Assembly: GCA_045604155.1 (NCBI GenBank)
Contig: JAZUNN010000083.1
Location: 7,228-71,227, forward strand
Reading direction: 5' to 3'
Source: Acutalibacteraceae bacterium
GTDB lineage: Bacteria; Bacillota; Clostridia; Oscillospirales; Acutalibacteraceae
DNA length: 64,000 nucleotides
Part shown: piece by piece, positions 55,860-64,000 of the stretch
How the letters are laid out: each line of letters begins with the position of its first letter
Position numbering within the stretch: the first letter of the stretch is position 1
Notes under the pieces: generated by a model
The model's input: the letters and a program-made list of their open reading frames with translations, nothing else
The model's database searches: none
What the model was told of the DNA's origin: nothing
Made by a program: the position numbers and the translations under genes

Positions 55860-56660
55860 TTACACGTAGTTGCGTGTCATTTCCCACATCATAATGGATG
55901 CGGCTGTTGCTGCATTGAGAGATTCAGCTCTTCCGTTCATGGGAATTGTTACTCTTTCGCCGCAGGCTGCGATTGTTTCAGGTGTAAGTCCGTTGCCTTC
56001 GTTGCCGACACACATTATAACACCTTTGAAAAAGCGCACGCAAGTAATTTTGCTTGCATCTGCATCAGGAACCGACGCAAGAGGTCTCATTCCTCCTGAG
56101 CGAATCTTTTTTATAAATGCAGGTACATCGCTGACAACAGCGGAAGGAAAGCGGAATACCGCACCCATGCTGGCTCGCATTACCTTGGGATTATAAAGAT
56201 CGCAGCAGTCTGCAGAGAGTATTGCACCGTTAAGTCCGATTGCTTCTGCAGTTCTGAAGATTGCGCCAATGTTTGAAGGATCCTGTATATTCTCGAGCAG
56301 AACAAACTGCCCGTCAATTTTCATGTTTTCGGTATCAAGGGTATTCTGCTTCATTTTTCCGGTGCAGAACACACCCTGAGGAGTAAGTGTATCGGAGATC
56401 TTTTCTGCGATCTCCTCGGTTATGATATATGATTTTTTAGCCTGTTTTTCAAGCTTGTCTATTGCATCCGTATACTTTGAATATGCTTCTTGCGTATAAA
56501 GCAATTCTTCGATTTCAATTCCGTTTTCGGGCACCTCGCCGCACAGACGTACCCCTTCAGCAACGAACATTCCCTTTTCACGACGTTCCTTTGCGCTGCT
56601 CATCAGTTTTGCTATTTCCTTGACCGTCTGATTGTCCTTGCTGGTGATTTCTACTGCCAT
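55860..56660 (-). CDS. TrmH/SpoU-family RNA 2'-O-methyltransferase
   Basis: 266 aa with SpoU motifs (LENIQDPSNIGAIFRTAEA, GNEGNGL, SLNAATAASI). Sits downstream of rplT, as YsgA does in Bacillus. Confidence 0.88.
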   Translation of the reverse strand: MAVEITSKDNQTVKEIAKLMSSAKERREKGMFVAEGVRLCGEVPENGIEIEELLYTQEAYSKYTDAIDKLEKQAKKSYIITEEIAEKISDTLTPQGVFCTGKMKQNTLDTENMKIDGQFVLLENIQDPSNIGAIFRTAEAIGLNGAILSADCCDLYNPKVMRASMGAVFRFPSAVVSDVPAFIKKIRSGGMRPLASVPDADASKITCVRFFKGVIMCVGNEGNGLTPETIAACGERVTIPMNGRAESLNAATAASIMMWEMTRNYV

Positions 56661-56702
56661 AACACACCTCCGTTTTCATCGTAAAAATGCTCCATAACTG
56701 CT

Positions 56703-56740
56703 TAAAAAGTGCGTCCGGTAAATGCATCCGGACGCACTTT
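56703..56740 (-). terminator. Rho-independent terminator after rplT
   Basis: Minus strand AAAGTGCGTCCGG-loop-CCGGACGCACTTT followed by TTTAAG. Confidence 0.75.
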
Positions 56741-56747
56741 CAGATTA

Positions 56748-57101
56748 TTAAAGAGCAGCCTTTGCCTTCTCTACGAGAGCGGTAAATGCCTCTGCATCGC
56801 TGATAGCGATCTCGGAGAGCATCTTACGGTTGAGCTCTATGCCGGCCTTCTTGAGACCGTTCATGAAAGTAGAGTAGTTCATGCCATTCATTTTGCAAGC
56901 TGCGGAGATTCTGGTGATCCAGAGTCTTCTGAAATCTCTCTTCTTAAGACGACGGCCGATGTATGCGTACTGGCCGGACTTCATTACAGCTTCCTTAGCC
57001 ATCTTGAAGTGCTTGGATTTTGCACCCCAGTAACCCTTAGCAAGCTTCAGGGTCTTATTTCTTCTCTTGCGCGTTGCAAGCGCACCTTTAACACGTGCCA
57101 T
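56748..57101 (-). CDS. rplT: 50S ribosomal protein L20
   Basis: 117 aa with the [16 protein letters not shown]… canonical L20 N-terminus. Confidence 0.98.
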   Translation of the reverse strand: MARVKGALATRKRRNKTLKLAKGYWGAKSKHFKMAKEAVMKSGQYAYIGRRLKKRDFRRLWITRISAACKMNGMNYSTFMNGLKKAGIELNRKMLSEIAISDAEAFTALVEKAKAAL

Positions 57102-57127
57102 TTATTGTTACCTCCAAATTACGGTTA

Positions 57128-57331
57128 TTATTTATAAGGAATGAGTCTCTTTACCTGTGCTACGTTTGTCTTATCGGTAACAACAGTGCCTCTCAGGCTT
57201 CTCTTTCTCTTAGCAGGCTTAGCTGCGCTGTTAGCCTTATGTCTGTGGTTTGCCTGCATACGAAGAACCTTTCCGTTCTTGCTAATCTTGAAGCGCTTCT
57301 TTGCGCCCGAATGGGTTTTGATTTTAGGCAT
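57128..57331 (-). CDS. rpmI: 50S ribosomal protein L35
   Basis: 67 aa, MPKIKTHSGAKKRFK…. Confidence 0.97.
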   Translation of the reverse strand: MPKIKTHSGAKKRFKISKNGKVLRMQANHRHKANSAAKPAKRKRSLRGTVVTDKTNVAQVKRLIPYK

Positions 57332-57352
57332 TTGGGTTTTCCTCCTTGTTTA

Positions 57353-57874
57353 TTACTTGACAGGTTTGGCAACCATTATCATCAGCATATTTCTGCCTTC
57401 AAGTGCAGCCTGCTTTTCAACGTTTGCAACCTCGCTGAGAGCTTCGGCAAAACGGCGCATGATTTCGGTACCGTGCTCGGGATGACCCATCTCACGACCT
57501 CTGAAACGGATCGAAACCTTAAGTTTGTTTCCGCTCTTGATGAACTTCTTCGCCTGATTGACCTTAGTCTCAAAGTCGTGGGTATCGATATTAAGGGAAA
57601 GTCGAATCTCCTTTATCTCAACGACATGCTGATTCTTCTTTGCTTCCTTTTCACGCTTCTGCTGCTCAAAACGATACTTGCCGTAGTCCATGATCTTACA
57701 TACAGGGGGTTTTGCCTGCGGTGCGATCTTGACAAGATCAAGTTCCTTTTCGATTGCAATTTCAAGCGCTGCCTCGGCACTCATTATTCCGAGCTGATCG
57801 CCCTCGGGACCGATAACACGTACTTCGCTGTCACGGATCTCCTCATTGATCTGAGCCTGCTGTTCCTTGCTGAT
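57353..57874 (-). CDS. infC: Translation initiation factor IF-3 (non-canonical start codon)
   Basis: IF-3 N- and C-domains (…INEEIRDSEVRVIGPEGDQLG…). The first ~24 codons of the track ORF are leader RNA. There is no ATG or GTG in register after the SD GGAGGTG (57882-57888). Best candidates are ATC (57874-57872, 9 nt after GGAGG) or TTG (57880-57878). Confidence 0.85.
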   Translation of the reverse strand: MSKEQQAQINEEIRDSEVRVIGPEGDQLGIMSAEAALEIAIEKELDLVKIAPQAKPPVCKIMDYGKYRFEQQKREKEAKKNQHVVEIKEIRLSLNIDTHDFETKVNQAKKFIKSGNKLKVSIRFRGREMGHPEHGTEIMRRFAEALSEVANVEKQAALEGRNMLMIMVAKPVK

Positions 57875-58021
57875 AACCAAACACCTCCAAGTATTCGATA
57901 AAAAATAAAACGTGGACAGAATACTCCTGACCACGCGGCAATACACGATAAAAACGAATCGTTATTGACCGTCCGTCCATCAATCAAACGGAGGTGAGGA
58001 AAGCATCCTGCTTTGTTGTCG
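57875..58021 (-). promoter_or_regulatory. infC-rpmI-rplT leader with an intrinsic attenuator (L20-leader type)
   Basis: ~145-nt 5' UTR ending in the hairpin CGTGGTCAGGA-GTAT-TCTGTCCACG plus TTTTATTTTTT (plus-strand ~57900-57935), just upstream of the infC SD. Same layout as the B. subtilis L20-controlled attenuator. Confidence 0.5.
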
Positions 58022-58027
58022 TCAATG

Positions 58028-58056
58028 AGTTTAACAGAAGATATCAATTTTGTCAA
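58028..58056 (-). promoter_or_regulatory. Sigma-70 promoter of the infC operon
   Basis: Minus strand TTGACA (58056-58051), 17 nt, TAAACT (58033-58028). Confidence 0.5.
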
Positions 58057-58086
58057 TAGATATTTTTAAATTATCCCCTTATTCCC

Positions 58087-58114
58087 TTGAAAATGTATTA
58101 TAATGTGTTATAAT
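58087..58114 (+). promoter_or_regulatory. Sigma-70 promoter (extended -10) for metG
   Basis: TTGAAA, 16 nt, TGtTATAAT. The short leader has no T-box. Confidence 0.55.
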
Positions 58115-58147
58115 CATTAAACAGTCCAATAAATGGAGGAATTACCA

Positions 58148-60097
58148 ATGGAAAACAAGAAGTTTTACATCACAACGCCGATTTATTATCCTTCGGGAAA
58201 TCCGCACATCGGTCACTGCTACACTACCGTTGCCTGTGACTCGATTGCTCGATATAAGCGAATGCAGGGTTATGACGTAATGTTCCTTACCGGAACCGAT
58301 GAGCACGGTCAGAAGATCCAGCAGAAGGCCGCTGAGGCAGGCAAGACTCCCCAGCAGTATGTTGATGAGATCGTCGAGATATTCAAGAACCTCTGGAAGT
58401 ACATGAATATCAACTATGATCGTTATATCCGCACCACTGACGATTATCACGTTGAGTCCGTTCAGAAGATATTCAAGGCACTTTATGACAAGGGCTATAT
58501 CTACAAGAGCGCTTACGAGGGCAAGTACTGCACTCCCTGCGAGAGCTTCTGGACAGAGACTCAGCTTGTTGACGGCAAGTGCCCCGACTGCGGCAGAGAT
58601 GTAATCGACGCAAAGGAAGAGGCTTATTTCTTCAGAATTTCTGACTTTGCTGACAGACTTGAGGACCTTCTCCTCAACACCGATTATCTCCGCCCCAGAA
58701 CAAGAGCTACTGAGCTTGTAAACAACTTTATCCGCTGCGAGGGCGGTCTGCAGGATCTCTGCGTATCCCGTACCTCCTTTACATGGGGTGTTCCCGTTAC
58801 CTTCGACGAAAAGCACGTTATCTATGTATGGATCGATGCTCTTTCAAACTATATCACCGCTCTCGGCTATGAGAACGGCAAGTACAACGATTTTGACAAG
58901 TTCTGGCCTGCTGATGTTCATATGGTAGCTAAAGATATCATGCGTTTCCACGCTATCATCTGGCCTGCTATTCTTATGGCTCTTGATCTGCCTCTGCCCA
59001 AGCACCTGGCTGTTCACGGCTGGATCACCTTCAACGGTCAGAAGATGAGCAAGTCCAAGGGCAATGTTGTCGATCCCTTCGTACTCGGCGAGCGTTACGG
59101 TGCTGATGCTATCCGCTATCACATCATGCGTGAGATGGCTCTTGGTGCAGACAGCTCCTTCTCCAACGAGGTCATGATAAACCGCATCAACTCCGACCTT
59201 GCAAACGGTCTCGGAAACCTCGTTTCCCGTACTGTTGCAATGGTTGTAAAATACTTCGGCGGCAAACTGCCCACTGACAGGGCTGCCGGCGAATTTGACG
59301 ATGATTTCATTGCCGAGATGACTGCACTGCGTGCAAATGTTGATAACTTTGTTGAGGAAACTCAGCTTTCCAATGCTCTGGCTGAAATCTTCAAGCTTGT
59401 ATCCCGTGCAAACAAGTATATCGACGAGACCATGCCCTGGGTTCTTGCAAAGGACGAGGCAAACAAGCCCCGACTTGCAGCTGTTCTCTACAACCTCCTT
59501 GAGGGCATCAGAATCGCTTCCTCTCTCCTCTGCCCCTTCATGCCTACAACCATGCCCGTTGTTTTTGAGCAGATAGGTGCAACCGAGAGCGATGTTTCCT
59601 ACGAGAATGCCGATAAGTACGGTGTTCTTCCCCTTGATGTCAAAGTCAAAAAGGGCGATATCATCTTCATGCGAATAGATATCGACAAGGAAATCGAAGA
59701 ACTCAACGCAATGATAAAGAACAACGAGCCCACTGAAGAGGAGCTCAAGGCTGCTGAGCTTGCAGGCATTGCAAAGATCGGTATTGACAATTTTGCTGCA
59801 GTTGACCTGAGAATCGCAAAGATCGAGGCCTGCGAGCCTGTAAAGAAGGCAAAGAAGCTCTTAAAGCTTACCCTCAACGACGGTACAGGTACTCCCAGAA
59901 CCGTTGTCAGCGGTATTGCTCAGTGGTACAAGCCCGAAGACCTCATCGGTCATTCCGTTGTTATCGTTGCAAACCTCAAGCCTGCTAAGCTCTGCGGAGT
60001 TGAGAGCAACGGCATGATCCTCTGTGCAGATGTTGCCGAGGACGATGTAAGAGTAATTTTTGTTGACGGCATGAAGCCCGGTTCAAAGGTAAGGTAA
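58148..60097 (+). CDS. metG: Methionine--tRNA ligase (with a C-terminal Trbp111/EMAP-like tRNA-binding domain)
   Basis: HIGH (GNPHIGHCYT) and KMSKS (QKMSKSKGN) motifs, and a C4 knuckle (CTPCE…CPDCG). Start at M6 of the track ORF, 8 nt after GGAGG. Confidence 0.97.
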   Translation: MENKKFYITTPIYYPSGNPHIGHCYTTVACDSIARYKRMQGYDVMFLTGTDEHGQKIQQKAAEAGKTPQQYVDEIVEIFKNLWKYMNINYDRYIRTTDDYHVESVQKIFKALYDKGYIYKSAYEGKYCTPCESFWTETQLVDGKCPDCGRDVIDAKEEAYFFRISDFADRLEDLLLNTDYLRPRTRATELVNNFIRCEGGLQDLCVSRTSFTWGVPVTFDEKHVIYVWIDALSNYITALGYENGKYNDFDKFWPADVHMVAKDIMRFHAIIWPAILMALDLPLPKHLAVHGWITFNGQKMSKSKGNVVDPFVLGERYGADAIRYHIMREMALGADSSFSNEVMINRINSDLANGLGNLVSRTVAMVVKYFGGKLPTDRAAGEFDDDFIAEMTALRANVDNFVEETQLSNALAEIFKLVSRANKYIDETMPWVLAKDEANKPRLAAVLYNLLEGIRIASSLLCPFMPTTMPVVFEQIGATESDVSYENADKYGVLPLDVKVKKGDIIFMRIDIDKEIEELNAMIKNNEPTEEELKAAELAGIAKIGIDNFAAVDLRIAKIEACEPVKKAKKLLKLTLNDGTGTPRTVVSGIAQWYKPEDLIGHSVVIVANLKPAKLCGVESNGMILCADVAEDDVRVIFVDGMKPGSKVR

Positions 60098-60864
60098 TGA
60101 ATTTGAGAATTTTTGACAGTCATGCTCACTATGACAGTGAGAGATATGCCGAAGATCGAGATAGTGTTTTGTCGCAGATGCCGGAAAACGGCATCTGCGC
60201 AATTCTTAATTGCGCATCTGATGTTGAGTCGGCAAAAATGAGCATAGAGCTCTCGGAGAAATATCCATTTATTTATGCCGCTGTGGGTGTTCATCTCCAT
60301 GAGGCGGAGGATGTTTCCGAGGATTATATAAGCATCCTGCGTGAGCTTGCAAAGCACGAAAAGGTTGTCGCCATCGGCGAAATAGGACTTGATTATCACT
60401 ATGATTTTTCTCCCAGAGACATACAGCGAAAGGTTCTCTGTGAGCAGATAGAGCTTGCAAAGGAATTAGACCTTCCTGTTGTGCTTCACGACAGAGAAGC
60501 TCACGGTGATATGTACGAGATACTTGAAAAGTATGCTCCCATAAAGGGTGTCATGCACTGTTTTTCAGGCAGTGTTGAGCTTATGAAGCAGTCCGTAAAA
60601 CTGGGACTTTATATAGGTCTCGGCGGTGCTGTTACATTCAAAAATGCACGAGTACCATTAGAAGTTGCAGAGGCTGTGCCTCTCGACAGACTTCTCCTTG
60701 AGACCGATGCACCCTACATGACCCCTGTCCCCTACAGAAGCAAGAGAAACGACTCAAAGTATATTGAGCTTGTAGCTGAAAAAATAGCTGAAGTTCGAGG
60801 CATTACTGCAGATGAAGTTCTCTCTGCTGCGGAGGAAAATGCAAAAAGACTTTTCGGCATATAA
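60097..60864 (+). CDS. TatD-family metal-dependent hydrolase
   Basis: 255 aa with IFDSHAHY…, EIGLDYHY, HCFSG. Overlaps the metG stop by 1 nt. Confidence 0.9.
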   Translation: MNLRIFDSHAHYDSERYAEDRDSVLSQMPENGICAILNCASDVESAKMSIELSEKYPFIYAAVGVHLHEAEDVSEDYISILRELAKHEKVVAIGEIGLDYHYDFSPRDIQRKVLCEQIELAKELDLPVVLHDREAHGDMYEILEKYAPIKGVMHCFSGSVELMKQSVKLGLYIGLGGAVTFKNARVPLEVAEAVPLDRLLLETDAPYMTPVPYRSKRNDSKYIELVAEKIAEVRGITADEVLSAAEENAKRLFGI

Positions 60865-60894
60865 CCGATATTTTATGATTGTGAGGTAACCACA

Positions 60895-62397
60895 ATGACA
60901 GTAAAAGAAGCTTTTGAGAAATTCAGAGAAATTGAATTTAAAATCCATGCTCTTAATCATGCCCTTGGAGTAATGTATTACGACGCTTCCACCGGTGCGC
61001 CCACTGCAGGCGCCGAAAACCGAGGCAGCACCATGGCTTATCTTTCAGGTCTCAGCTACGACCTGACCGCAGGTGAAGAAACCATTGCACTGGCTCGTTT
61101 TCTCTCAGAAAACTCAGGTGAGCTTTCTGACCGTGAAAAGCGTGAAGTATCTGAATTCATGAGAAATATCGACTACGTTTCAAGTATTCCCAAGGAGGAA
61201 TATCAGGAATATGTCATGCTTGTCAACGAATCGGAAATCGCTTGGAAAAAGGCAAAAGAAGAAAACGACTACGACTCCTTCTGCCCTTATCTGCAGAAAA
61301 TTTTCGATACAAACCGTCGTTTTGCTCAGTATTACAAACCCGAGGAGAACCCCTACAATGTAATGCTCGATCAGTACGAGCGTGGTCTTACAACCGACAC
61401 AGCTGACAAATTCTTCTCCGCCCTTCGTGAAAAGCTTGTCCCCGTAATCAAGGCAATCGGCGAAAAAGAACAGTTTGATTTTGCCTTTATGAAGGAGAAA
61501 TATCCTGTTGACAAACAGAGAGAGCTTTCCGACTATCTTATGGAAGTTATGTCCATCGACCGCAGCAGATGTGCAATCGGTGAAACAGAACACCCCTTCA
61601 CAACAAACTTCTGCCCTGATGATGTAAGAATAACCACACATTATTATGACGATTTCACAAGCTCCATGTACTCCGTTGTTCACGAAGGCGGCCATGCTCT
61701 TTATGAGCTTGGGGTCAGCCGTGAACTCACTGCAACAACCCTTGCCGGCGGTGTTTCCATGGGTATTCACGAGAGTCAGTCAAGACTTTTTGAAAACAAC
61801 ATCGGCAGAAGCGAAGCTTTCTGCAATCTTGTTTTCCCGAAGATTCAGGAATTGTTCCCCGAACTGCTTAAAGATACAACTGCTCATGATTTTTATCTTG
61901 CAGTCAACAAGAGCGAACCTTCTCTGATCCGCACGGAAGCAGACGAGCTGACTTATTCCCTTCATATCATGGTTCGTTATGAGCTTGAAAAGCAGATGAT
62001 CGCAGGCGAAATTACCGCCAAGGATCTGCCCGAGGCATGGAATGCAAAATACAAGGAATATCTCGGCATAGATGTTCCCGATGATGCAAGAGGTGTTCTT
62101 CAGGACACCCACTGGGGCGGCGGTATGATCGGCTACTTCCCCTCTTACGCACTTGGCTCTGCATACAGTGCACAGATAATGGCAAAGATGGGTCATGAGC
62201 TTGATATCAATGCAGAGATCGCATCAGGCTCACTTAAAAACATCAACGCATGGCTTACCGAACACATCTATCAGTACGGCTGTATGTATGACCCTGCCGT
62301 ACTTCTTGAAAACTGCGTTGGTGCGCCTTTTGACCCCAATTACTATGTTGATTATCTGACAAACAAGTACAAGGCTATTTACGGTCTTGATATCTGA
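60895..62397 (+). CDS. Carboxypeptidase M32 (Taq-type metallocarboxypeptidase)
   Basis: 500 aa with HEGGHALYE (HExxH) and downstream GIHESQSR, characteristic of M32. Confidence 0.9.
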   Translation: MTVKEAFEKFREIEFKIHALNHALGVMYYDASTGAPTAGAENRGSTMAYLSGLSYDLTAGEETIALARFLSENSGELSDREKREVSEFMRNIDYVSSIPKEEYQEYVMLVNESEIAWKKAKEENDYDSFCPYLQKIFDTNRRFAQYYKPEENPYNVMLDQYERGLTTDTADKFFSALREKLVPVIKAIGEKEQFDFAFMKEKYPVDKQRELSDYLMEVMSIDRSRCAIGETEHPFTTNFCPDDVRITTHYYDDFTSSMYSVVHEGGHALYELGVSRELTATTLAGGVSMGIHESQSRLFENNIGRSEAFCNLVFPKIQELFPELLKDTTAHDFYLAVNKSEPSLIRTEADELTYSLHIMVRYELEKQMIAGEITAKDLPEAWNAKYKEYLGIDVPDDARGVLQDTHWGGGMIGYFPSYALGSAYSAQIMAKMGHELDINAEIASGSLKNINAWLTEHIYQYGCMYDPAVLLENCVGAPFDPNYYVDYLTNKYKAIYGLDI

Positions 62398-62410
62398 AAG
62401 GAAAAACAAT

Positions 62411-63115
62411 ATGAGACCTGACGGAAGAAAAAACAACGAGCTTCGTCCTGTTGAAATAATCCCCAATTTCACCAATACTTCTGGCGGCTCTGTACTTATA
62501 AATTGGGGCAACACCAGAGTAATCTGCACCGCTCTGCTTGAAGCAGGCACCATGCCCTTTCTGAAGGATACAGGCAAGGGCTGGCTCACCGCAGAATACG
62601 CAATGCTCCCCTCCTCTACAGGGTCACGCAAGCGCAGAGAAACAAGCAAGCCTGACGGCAGAAGCACCGAAATAAAACGACTTATCGGCAGAAGCCTTCG
62701 CAACGCTGTTGATTTTGAGGCTCTGGGTGAAAACACTATCTGGATAGACTGCGATGTCATTCAGGCTGACGGCGGCACTCGTACAGCTTCAATCACAGGT
62801 GCTTATGTTGCACTTAAGCTTGGAATCAAAAAGTGGCTTGAGCAGGGACTTATCGAGAAAGATCCCATTGTTCATCAGATAGCTGCTGTTTCGGTCGGTA
62901 TTTCAAACAACACTCCTATTGCTGACCTTTGCTACGTCGAGGATTCTGCCGCTGAGGTCGATATGAATCTCATTATGAACGAAGCAGGCGAATTCATCGA
63001 AGTTCAGGGCACAGGCGAAGAGCGTTCCTTCACCCGTTCTGAGCTCAATGAACTCCTTGAGCTTGGCGAAAATGCCATCAGAGAGCTTATGGAAAAGCAG
63101 AATGGTGTGCTGTAA
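62411..63115 (+). CDS. rph: Ribonuclease PH
   Basis: MRPDGRKNNELRP… N-terminus and …DCDVIQADGGTRTASITGA…. Start at M9 of the track ORF. Confidence 0.95.
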   Translation: MRPDGRKNNELRPVEIIPNFTNTSGGSVLINWGNTRVICTALLEAGTMPFLKDTGKGWLTAEYAMLPSSTGSRKRRETSKPDGRSTEIKRLIGRSLRNAVDFEALGENTIWIDCDVIQADGGTRTASITGAYVALKLGIKKWLEQGLIEKDPIVHQIAAVSVGISNNTPIADLCYVEDSAAEVDMNLIMNEAGEFIEVQGTGEERSFTRSELNELLELGENAIRELMEKQNGVL

Positions 63116-63118
63116 TTT

Positions 63119-63631
63119 ATGCTGTACCTTAAAAAAGTAAACTTTGATGATGCAGATAAAGAATATCTCTTTGTCCGTGATGTACCTTATGATGAAAACG
63201 GATTTATAAACGAATATCATGGCATTTCTCACAGTGATTTTATCGGTTCGGCACTGAAGCAGATGATTGACTCGGCTAAAGGCATCGGTCTGCCTGAAGG
63301 ATATGTTCCTGAAACTTTCTATTTCCTCTGGGACAACGATGAAATTGTCGGACTGTTTCGTTTCCGTCATTTCCTATGCGAATCACTGCGCACAGGTGCA
63401 GGTCACATAGGCTATTTCATAAAAGAGGAACATCGTGGCAAAGGGTACGGAAAGGAAGGCTTACGACAGCTTCTGCTAATCGTAAAGCCCCTTATCCCTG
63501 AAGATGAGGTGTATCTGAGAGTCAACAGGGATAACCCTGCTTCGCTTAAAATAATGCTTCATAACGGCGGATATATTGAACACGAGGATGAACAAAAACA
63601 CTATGTAAGAATCAGAAAATCCGATATCTGA
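63119..63631 (+). CDS. GNAT-family N-acetyltransferase
   Basis: 170 aa with the acetyl-CoA binding motif-A region …HRGKGYGKEGLRQLL…. Confidence 0.8.
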   Translation: MLYLKKVNFDDADKEYLFVRDVPYDENGFINEYHGISHSDFIGSALKQMIDSAKGIGLPEGYVPETFYFLWDNDEIVGLFRFRHFLCESLRTGAGHIGYFIKEEHRGKGYGKEGLRQLLLIVKPLIPEDEVYLRVNRDNPASLKIMLHNGGYIEHEDEQKHYVRIRKSDI

Positions 63632-63638
63632 TATGTTA

Positions 63639-63668
63639 AAAGCACCAACGCAAATGCGTTGGTGCTTT
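63639..63668. terminator. Bidirectional rho-independent terminator
   Basis: AAAGCACCAACGC-AAAT-GCGTTGGTGCTTT between convergent genes. Confidence 0.8.
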
Positions 63669-63672
63669 GATA

Positions 63673-64000
63673 TTATTCAGCATCAAGAGTTTTCTTGAAT
63701 TTATTAAGCTTTGCGTTGTAGACAAATACAAAGATTCCCATCATAAGAAGAGAAATCGCTGCAAGAATCATTCCTATGCAGAGAACAACAAAATATCCCT
63801 TCTCATCAGTGCTATTGAACATATCTTCAGTAAAAAAGTCTTTGAAGCCTATGATATATGCGGGAATCTGAACAAAGCAAAGAAGTGCAAATGTAACAGA
63901 CATTTTCTTTGTTTCCGCACAGACAATAGTATTGCGAAGTCTGCTTATGCTCTTTATTCCAAATATAAGATGAAGTATAGATATTGCAGAAGCCACCAAG
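63673..64000 (-). CDS. Hypothetical membrane protein, probably truncated by the window edge
   Basis: Open frame to the end of the window with hydrophobic segments. An internal ATG (MSVTFALL…, ~63903) is an alternative start. No family recognised. Confidence 0.4.
   Translation of the reverse strand, partial: LVASAISILHLIFGIKSISRLRNTIVCAETKKMSVTFALLCFVQIPAYIIGFKDFFTEDMFNSTDEKGYFVVLCIGMILAAISLLMMGIFVFVYNAKLNKFKKTLDAE

Noticed and set aside
57841-57901. An apparent +1/-1 frame discrepancy in infC when I hand-translated this stretch (a CTC CTC repeat and an A-run).
   Set aside because: The supplied ORFs on both strands (57353..57946 minus and 57095..57901 plus) read through consistently. The two discrepancies cancel, so I treat this as my own single-nucleotide counting error and not a frameshift or pseudogene.
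1-64000. A scan for rRNA, tRNA, CRISPR arrays, IS elements or transposases, integrases, prophage genes and secondary-metabolite clusters.
   Set aside because: By eye I found no regularly spaced direct-repeat arrays, no tRNA T-loop/acceptor patterns in the intergenic regions, and no ORF with transposase, recombinase or phage signatures. This was done without search tools, so small or degenerate elements could have been missed.

Overview
This 64-kb window reads as core chromosomal DNA of a mid-GC Gram-positive anaerobe. It looks Clostridia/Oscillospiraceae-like from gene content and strong GGAGG Shine-Dalgarno (SD) use, but that is inference only. I call about 58 protein genes, almost all housekeeping.

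Gene content:
- 332-25009 is an uninterrupted co-directional minus-strand block: a second type IIA topoisomerase pair, efp/pepP, rpsU, leuS, the yhbY-nadD-yqeK-rsfS cluster, rdgB, ftsY, smc, rnc, folD, lgt and an M16 peptidase pair.
- After that come mixed-strand metabolic and accessory genes (GtrA-GH51-DUF6171, an M34-like protease, two patatins, a LacI regulator, an HD nucleotidase), then pgk-tpiA-gpmI.
- Next are an orphan HTH regulator plus a MATE pump, GH13 and GH36 glycosidases, an HTH-desulforedoxin-superoxide-reductase fusion, rpsB-tsf, plsX, trmFO, topA and dprA.
- The window ends with infC-rpmI-rplT (with an L20-type leader), metG, tatD, an M32 carboxypeptidase, rph and a GNAT.

I found no rRNA, tRNA, CRISPR array, transposase, integrase or recognisable defence or biosynthetic cluster. 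I could not identify a convincing novel multi-gene protein system.

The unusual content is non-coding:
1. A family of hairpin-array palindromic elements: two full copies and one partial copy. The full copies have terminal inverted repeats (TIRs), and the stems covary between copies.
2. Two loci between convergent genes where a terminator, or half of one, is duplicated as a direct repeat around an inserted segment.
3. A roughly 95-nt candidate sRNA with a consensus promoter and terminator, divergent from the orphan regulator.

CDS coordinates follow the supplied ORF track, with starts moved where an SD and homology support it. All non-ORF coordinates were hand-counted and may be off by 1-2 nt.
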